The notes under the pieces are model-generated. The model was given only the letters and a program-made list of their open reading frames with translations, did not search any database and was not told the DNA's origin. From Heteronotia binoei (lineage: Eukaryota): a stretch of DNA of 64,000 bases. Shown here piece after piece: positions 59,267-64,000 of this stretch; the first letter of the stretch is position 1; every line of letters starts with the position of its first letter. Where the stretch lies: positions 170,252,001-170,316,000 of the forward strand of contig NC_083243.1 in assembly GCF_032191835.1 (NCBI RefSeq), in the 5' to 3' direction. A program made the position numbers and the translations under genes.

Positions 59267-61144
59267 CCCACCCTTACATTCATAGCTACTAGTAGTAGTA
59301 CAAGTGGGAAACTGCAAAGATTAGAGGGGAGGGGAAAACTAATTTCTCCCTCCCCTACTATTTCTTCCCTCCCTGAAAGCCTCTGTAGCCTCTCCTGTCG
59401 TCCTCCCCTCCCAGTAGCTAAGATACCTTCATCTACCGCTTACATCAGCTTTCTTTCTGCCTGGGGAAAAAAAGTGATCCAGTTGTTTGGTGCCATCTGC
59501 TGGACCATGCCCACTTGTGTGGTAGGGAATCTTCAAGGACTTGGGGGGGAACATCACTTCCCTGTATTACTCTCCCCATGCCATTTCTTCTTTCCCTGCT
59601 GCTTTCTCTTCTTCCTACCCACCAAAGTGTCTTTTATCTGCCTCCCATTTTACTTTATATTGACTTTATATCTCACCTTTCCTTACGGTGGGGACTAAAG
59701 CAGCTTACATCATTCTCCTCTCTGCCCTTTTATCTTTACAACAATGCTGTGAGGTAGGTTAGACGGAAGGTATGTGACTGGTCCAACATCACCCAGTCAG
59801 CTTCCATAGCAGTCTGGCGATTTGCGCCTGAGTGTCCCAGACCCTACTTTGTAGCACTAGCTGCTGCATCGCACTGACTTATAGGGTGGCTGCTGCTGGA
59901 ACAGTAGCAAGCAGCTAGGTCAAGAGTCATTTGAGTAGAATGGTATCAAATCACCCAATAGTTGTTGCTAGGCCAAGATTGTCAACCTTGAGGTAGGACC
60001 TAGAGATCTCCCAGAACTATAACTGATCTCCAGACGAGAGATCTGTCCTCCTGGAGAAAAATGGTTGCTTTGGAAGGTGGACTCTATGGCACAGTATCTC
60101 TCTGAGGCTTCACTCCCACTCCACATCGATGCTTGCCATGCCTGCTGAGGCTACCTAAACCCTGCCACCCATTATCCCCCACCCCAACATTAATGCTGGC
60201 GAGTCCAGTGTGGCTGGGCTTCTCTGCTGGGCCTGCTGCAGCTTCCCAAACCCCTTTCCTTTTGCAGCTGCCACAGGCAAGTGCTGTGCAGCTTTCACCC
60301 CTCCACATCAGTGCTAGGAAGCCCAGCATAGCTCCTGGCCTCAAGCACCACTCCAGCTCCTGAACCCCCTCGATCCTCACAAGTGCCGCTGACAAGCCCA
60401 TTATGGCTTCCCCCTCATCGCTGCCAAGACTTCGCAAACAAGTGCACAGGGAGAGATTTAATGCTCCGATGTAAGATAATGTATTGTAACAAGTCTTCTC
60501 TGCTTTATTGTGATCTGTCCTGAGCCTGCTTTGGGGGAAGAGTGGAATAAAAATCTGATAAATAAATGTATTTTGCTGTGAATCTGGGTATGTGGGGGGT
60601 TGTCCCCCCAAGCTTAGAGAAGAATCTCAGTGTGGGCTGGATATATGGATTTAGGTAGCTGCAAATTGGATCGCACTTGAGGAATGGATATCTAGATGAT
60701 AGAGAAGGTGAGACCATATTTTAGTTTCCTAGTCATCATGGCTTCCAGATAAAGGATTCCTTTTCCCCAGCTTCAAAGCATCAGCAACATGTTGTATTTT
60801 TCTTCCTAGGAGTTTGATGTGGGGCATTTTGTTCTTGCAACAAAGGCCATGAGACAGATTAGGCTAAGAGGCCCAAAGGCAGCCAGCAAACTATGGAACA
60901 GTGTTCTGCAGTGTGCCTCTACACATTCTCACACAAAAACAAACAGATGCAATCAGCTCCTGCAGCAATAAATCACTGAGGAGAGTTGTGTGTGTGTGTT
61001 GAGATTGGGGGTAAAGCTAGGTGCAGTTTTTCTCATCAAGATGAGTAGCACTATCACTGCACAGTTTCCCACAGAAGTGGGGCTGCGGGAAGGTCTGATG
61101 GAGAGGCTGTTTCTGAAACATTCAGGGGGCTGCCTTTACACTCT

Positions 61145-61803
61145 GTGTAAAGTGGTATTTCCTATTGTCTATCCTGAACTGGCTACCCATCAGTTTCACT
61201 GGATACCCTCAAGTGCTTACATGTTGGGAGAGGGAGAAAAAAAATTATGAACTCTCTCCACACCATGCTTAATTTTGTAAGCCTCTATCATGTCCTGCCT
61301 TAGTCATCTCTCCTAGACAGAAGAGTCCCAGTCTCTTCAGCCTTTCCTCAGGGGGAAGGTGCTCCAACTCCCTTATCTTGGTTGCCCGCCTCTGTACTTT
61401 TCCAGCTCTGCAATGTCCTTTTTGAGATATGACCAGAACTGAACACACTATTGCAAATGAGGTTCCATTATAGGGGCATTAAAATATTGGCCATTTTATT
61501 CTCAACCCCTTTCCTTATAATCCCGAACGTTTTCTTTTTTCATCATTGCAGCACAGTGGCTGACACTTGCATTGAACTATCCATTGTGATCTCAAGATCT
61601 TTTCCTCTCTGTCTCAGCAAGTTCAGACCCCACTAGCCTATACTTGGAAGTTATTTTTTTTTGTCCCAGTGTGCATCACCTTACGCTTATCAACAATAAA
61701 CTTAATTTGCCACATTGTCACCCATTCACCCAGTTTATGGAGGCCCTCTTAGAGCTCTTCACCATCCTGAATAATTTTGTGTCATCTGCAAACTTGGCCA
61801 CTA
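61145..61803 (-). mobile_element. CR1 LINE ORF2 fragment
   Basis: Reverse-complement CR1 features (CCCTTATCTTGGTTGCCCGCCTCTGTACTTTTCC, GACCAGAACTGAACACA, GTCATCTGCAAACTTGG); more CR1 pieces at ~62700-62883 and 63584-63730. Confidence 0.75.
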
Positions 61804-64000
61804 CCAATCCTTGAGGGACCTACTGCTTACCAGGGGTGTGCATTCAGCATAACTAAACCAAATAAATACCCCCAAATACCCCGTTATTGGTATTTTTGGG
61901 GTATCAACTAATCTGCATTCCTGTAAAACCGAACTCTTTCGACAGGCCTGCAACAACTAATGTGGGATGAGGCTGCCACTGCTATGTTGCTGAGCAATAC
62001 TGCTAACAGATTAACAGAAGAACTGATATCGATATAAACTGCCTGTGTTACAAAATCTCTTCTGTAGCACCAAATGTTTGGTTTTAAATTTTTATGTTTT
62101 TTATCCTTTTCCAACTGTGATTTAAATTGTCTTTATTATGACTGTTAGTCGCCCAGAGTCTGCTTGCGGAGTGGACGACATATAAATCAAAAGTAAATAA
62201 ATAAAATCTACCAATATAGCTAACCCCAAAACTAAACTTCCCTCCCCTCCTCTGGTTAGGACACAAAGTCATTTAGATCTGACAAGTTGTCAGTTTCACT
62301 CCCCTGTGCAGGTCAGATTTAAATGCCTTTCCCTCCCAGCTGGAGGTGGGGAAAAACATTTAATAATGCCTCCCCTCTGTCTCTTGCGTTTCTAATACTG
62401 CCTGCTAGGCACCAAGGGGAGCTCTTTAAAGAGGGCTCCCCTTTCTCCTTTGAGGGGTTACATTCCCACCTTGTCCAGGTCACTTCCAGTTGTCAGTTTC
62501 ACTAAAAGGACCAGTGATAGTAACCAGAAAAGGGAGGATGGGGTGGCATTGCCATTGCCCTCCCAGCTGAATATTTTTGACAATACCAATTCTTTCCCAA
62601 ATCCCAGTGCAGTACCAGTATCGGGATTTGGGAATATCAGTATACACCGATGTTTTTTGTTTGGTATAGCCAAACCCAAAAAAACCTACCTTCCCCCCCC
62701 CCACACCCTTATTGCCTGCTTCTCTGCATTGTGAGAGCTGTCCATTCTTACTCTTCGCTTTTTCATTTAATACATTTTTAATCCATAAAAGAACCTGTCC
62801 TCTTATCGTGTGGCTGCTAAATTTACTCAAGTCTTTAATGCGGTACCTTGTCAAAAACTTTTTGAAAGTCCTGATATATATTGCAGGGATGTTAAACTTA
62901 CAGCCCATGGGCCACAACCAGCCCACCCAGAGCTTTAATCAGGCTCATGGCTTTCCCCTCCCCCAATAGAAAATTCTTCCTACATTTTCCTTGCAGCTTT
63001 GTGCAGCAATGTATTTCAATGCAGTACAGCTCAAGTAGTTTCACTTTTCAACATTTGGATGGCCAGTTGAAGCTGTTGCTTGAGTTGTCTTCTTGCAAAT
63101 AAAGGGTTGATGCTTTGAGCCAGCTTGTTTCTGCTGAATGGACCTGAGAACTGGTGGCTAGTGAGTACTCTCACCTGGGAATCCACAGCCAAAGGGGGAT
63201 ATTACACTGGAGAGCCATTGCCAATCTGAGTAGAGCCAAGGGGGTTGAGAGAAGCTTGCAATGCTCAGCCATTACATGTTTTCATTTTCCTAGGCTCAGA
63301 GCATTTTATATTTTTAGTTTCTGCTGTGATCCTTGTGCTTCTTCATGTTTTCTTTTTAAAACTGCATTGCCAAGTCCCACTATTCCCCCACCCTTGTATT
63401 TTAAACAAAATACTGCAAGAATTTGTATTCTAAATAAATAATATCTTTGTTTTTGTCTTTATCCTTTATAAAGTGTATAGCTTCACTACCTGGTGTTACA
63501 TTTTATGACATGCATGGCCCAGCCCAACAAAGTCTCATCTATGTCAGATCCAGACCTCATAACAAATGAGTTTGACACCCCTAGTCTACTAGGTCACCAC
63601 TGTCTACGTGCTTGTTCAATTTCTCAAAGAAGTCCAAAAGGTTGGTGAGGCAAGACTTCCCTTTGCAGAAGCCATGCAGATTTCCCCTCAAAAGTCCTTG
63701 GCCCTCTATATGCCTAATCTGTCTTTATTATAGCAGGGATGTTGAACTCATTTGTTATGAGAGCTGGATCTGACGTAAACGAGACCTTGCTGGGCTGAGC
63801 TATGTCAGGCCGGGCTGTGTGTGTACCTATTTAAGATTAGTTGGTAGAGATATAAACTTTATAAAGGACACAGACAAACACAATTTTTAAAAAACTTAAA
63901 ATAAAACATGCTTAAAACATTAGCACTCTATGTTAAAGGTGCTTTCCTTGTATCTCTCCCATGGGATCCAGTGAGCATGCCAAAGGAAGCTCTGACTCCT

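Noticed and set aside
54694-64000. ZDHHC5 exons expected by synteny (and CTNND1 at the left end)
   Set aside because: I found no recognisable coding sequence for either; they are probably outside the window.
1-64000. CRISPR arrays or prokaryotic defence systems
   Set aside because: The DNA is vertebrate (spliced genes, SINEs), and there are no regularly spaced repeat-spacer arrays.

Overview
Vertebrate genomic DNA. The Sauria-type and tRNA-derived SINEs indicate a squamate, probably a gecko (inference). Four conserved host genes were reconstructed exon by exon from GT-AG junctions and reading-frame continuity: BTBD18 (+), the selenoprotein SELENOH (-, in-frame UGA in a CxxU motif, with a SECIS in the 3' UTR), TMX2 (-) and MED19 (+). 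TMX2 and MED19 share a ~430-bp CCAAT-rich bidirectional promoter. The order matches the mammalian BTBD18-SELENOH-TMX2-MED19 block as I recall it. The rest of the window is dense in transposable elements. The standout is a complete, apparently very young 5,143-bp Ty1/copia LTR retrotransposon (231-5373, -). It has LTRs that are identical by eye, a perfect 5-bp TSD and one open 1307-aa gag-pol ORF. Its primer-binding site is a 31-nt perfect complement of nt 9-39 of initiator tRNA-Met, i.e. half-tRNA priming with unusually long complementarity. This copia sits inside an L1 fragment that itself splits a CR1 remnant. A second, decayed copia, many hAT-type MITEs with 8-bp TSDs, SINEs, and CR1/L2/Penelope remnants fill the remainder. 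No tools were used. Alignments are by eye, and reference sequences (human proteins, tRNA-iMet, 5S rRNA, repeat consensuses) are from memory and need confirming.
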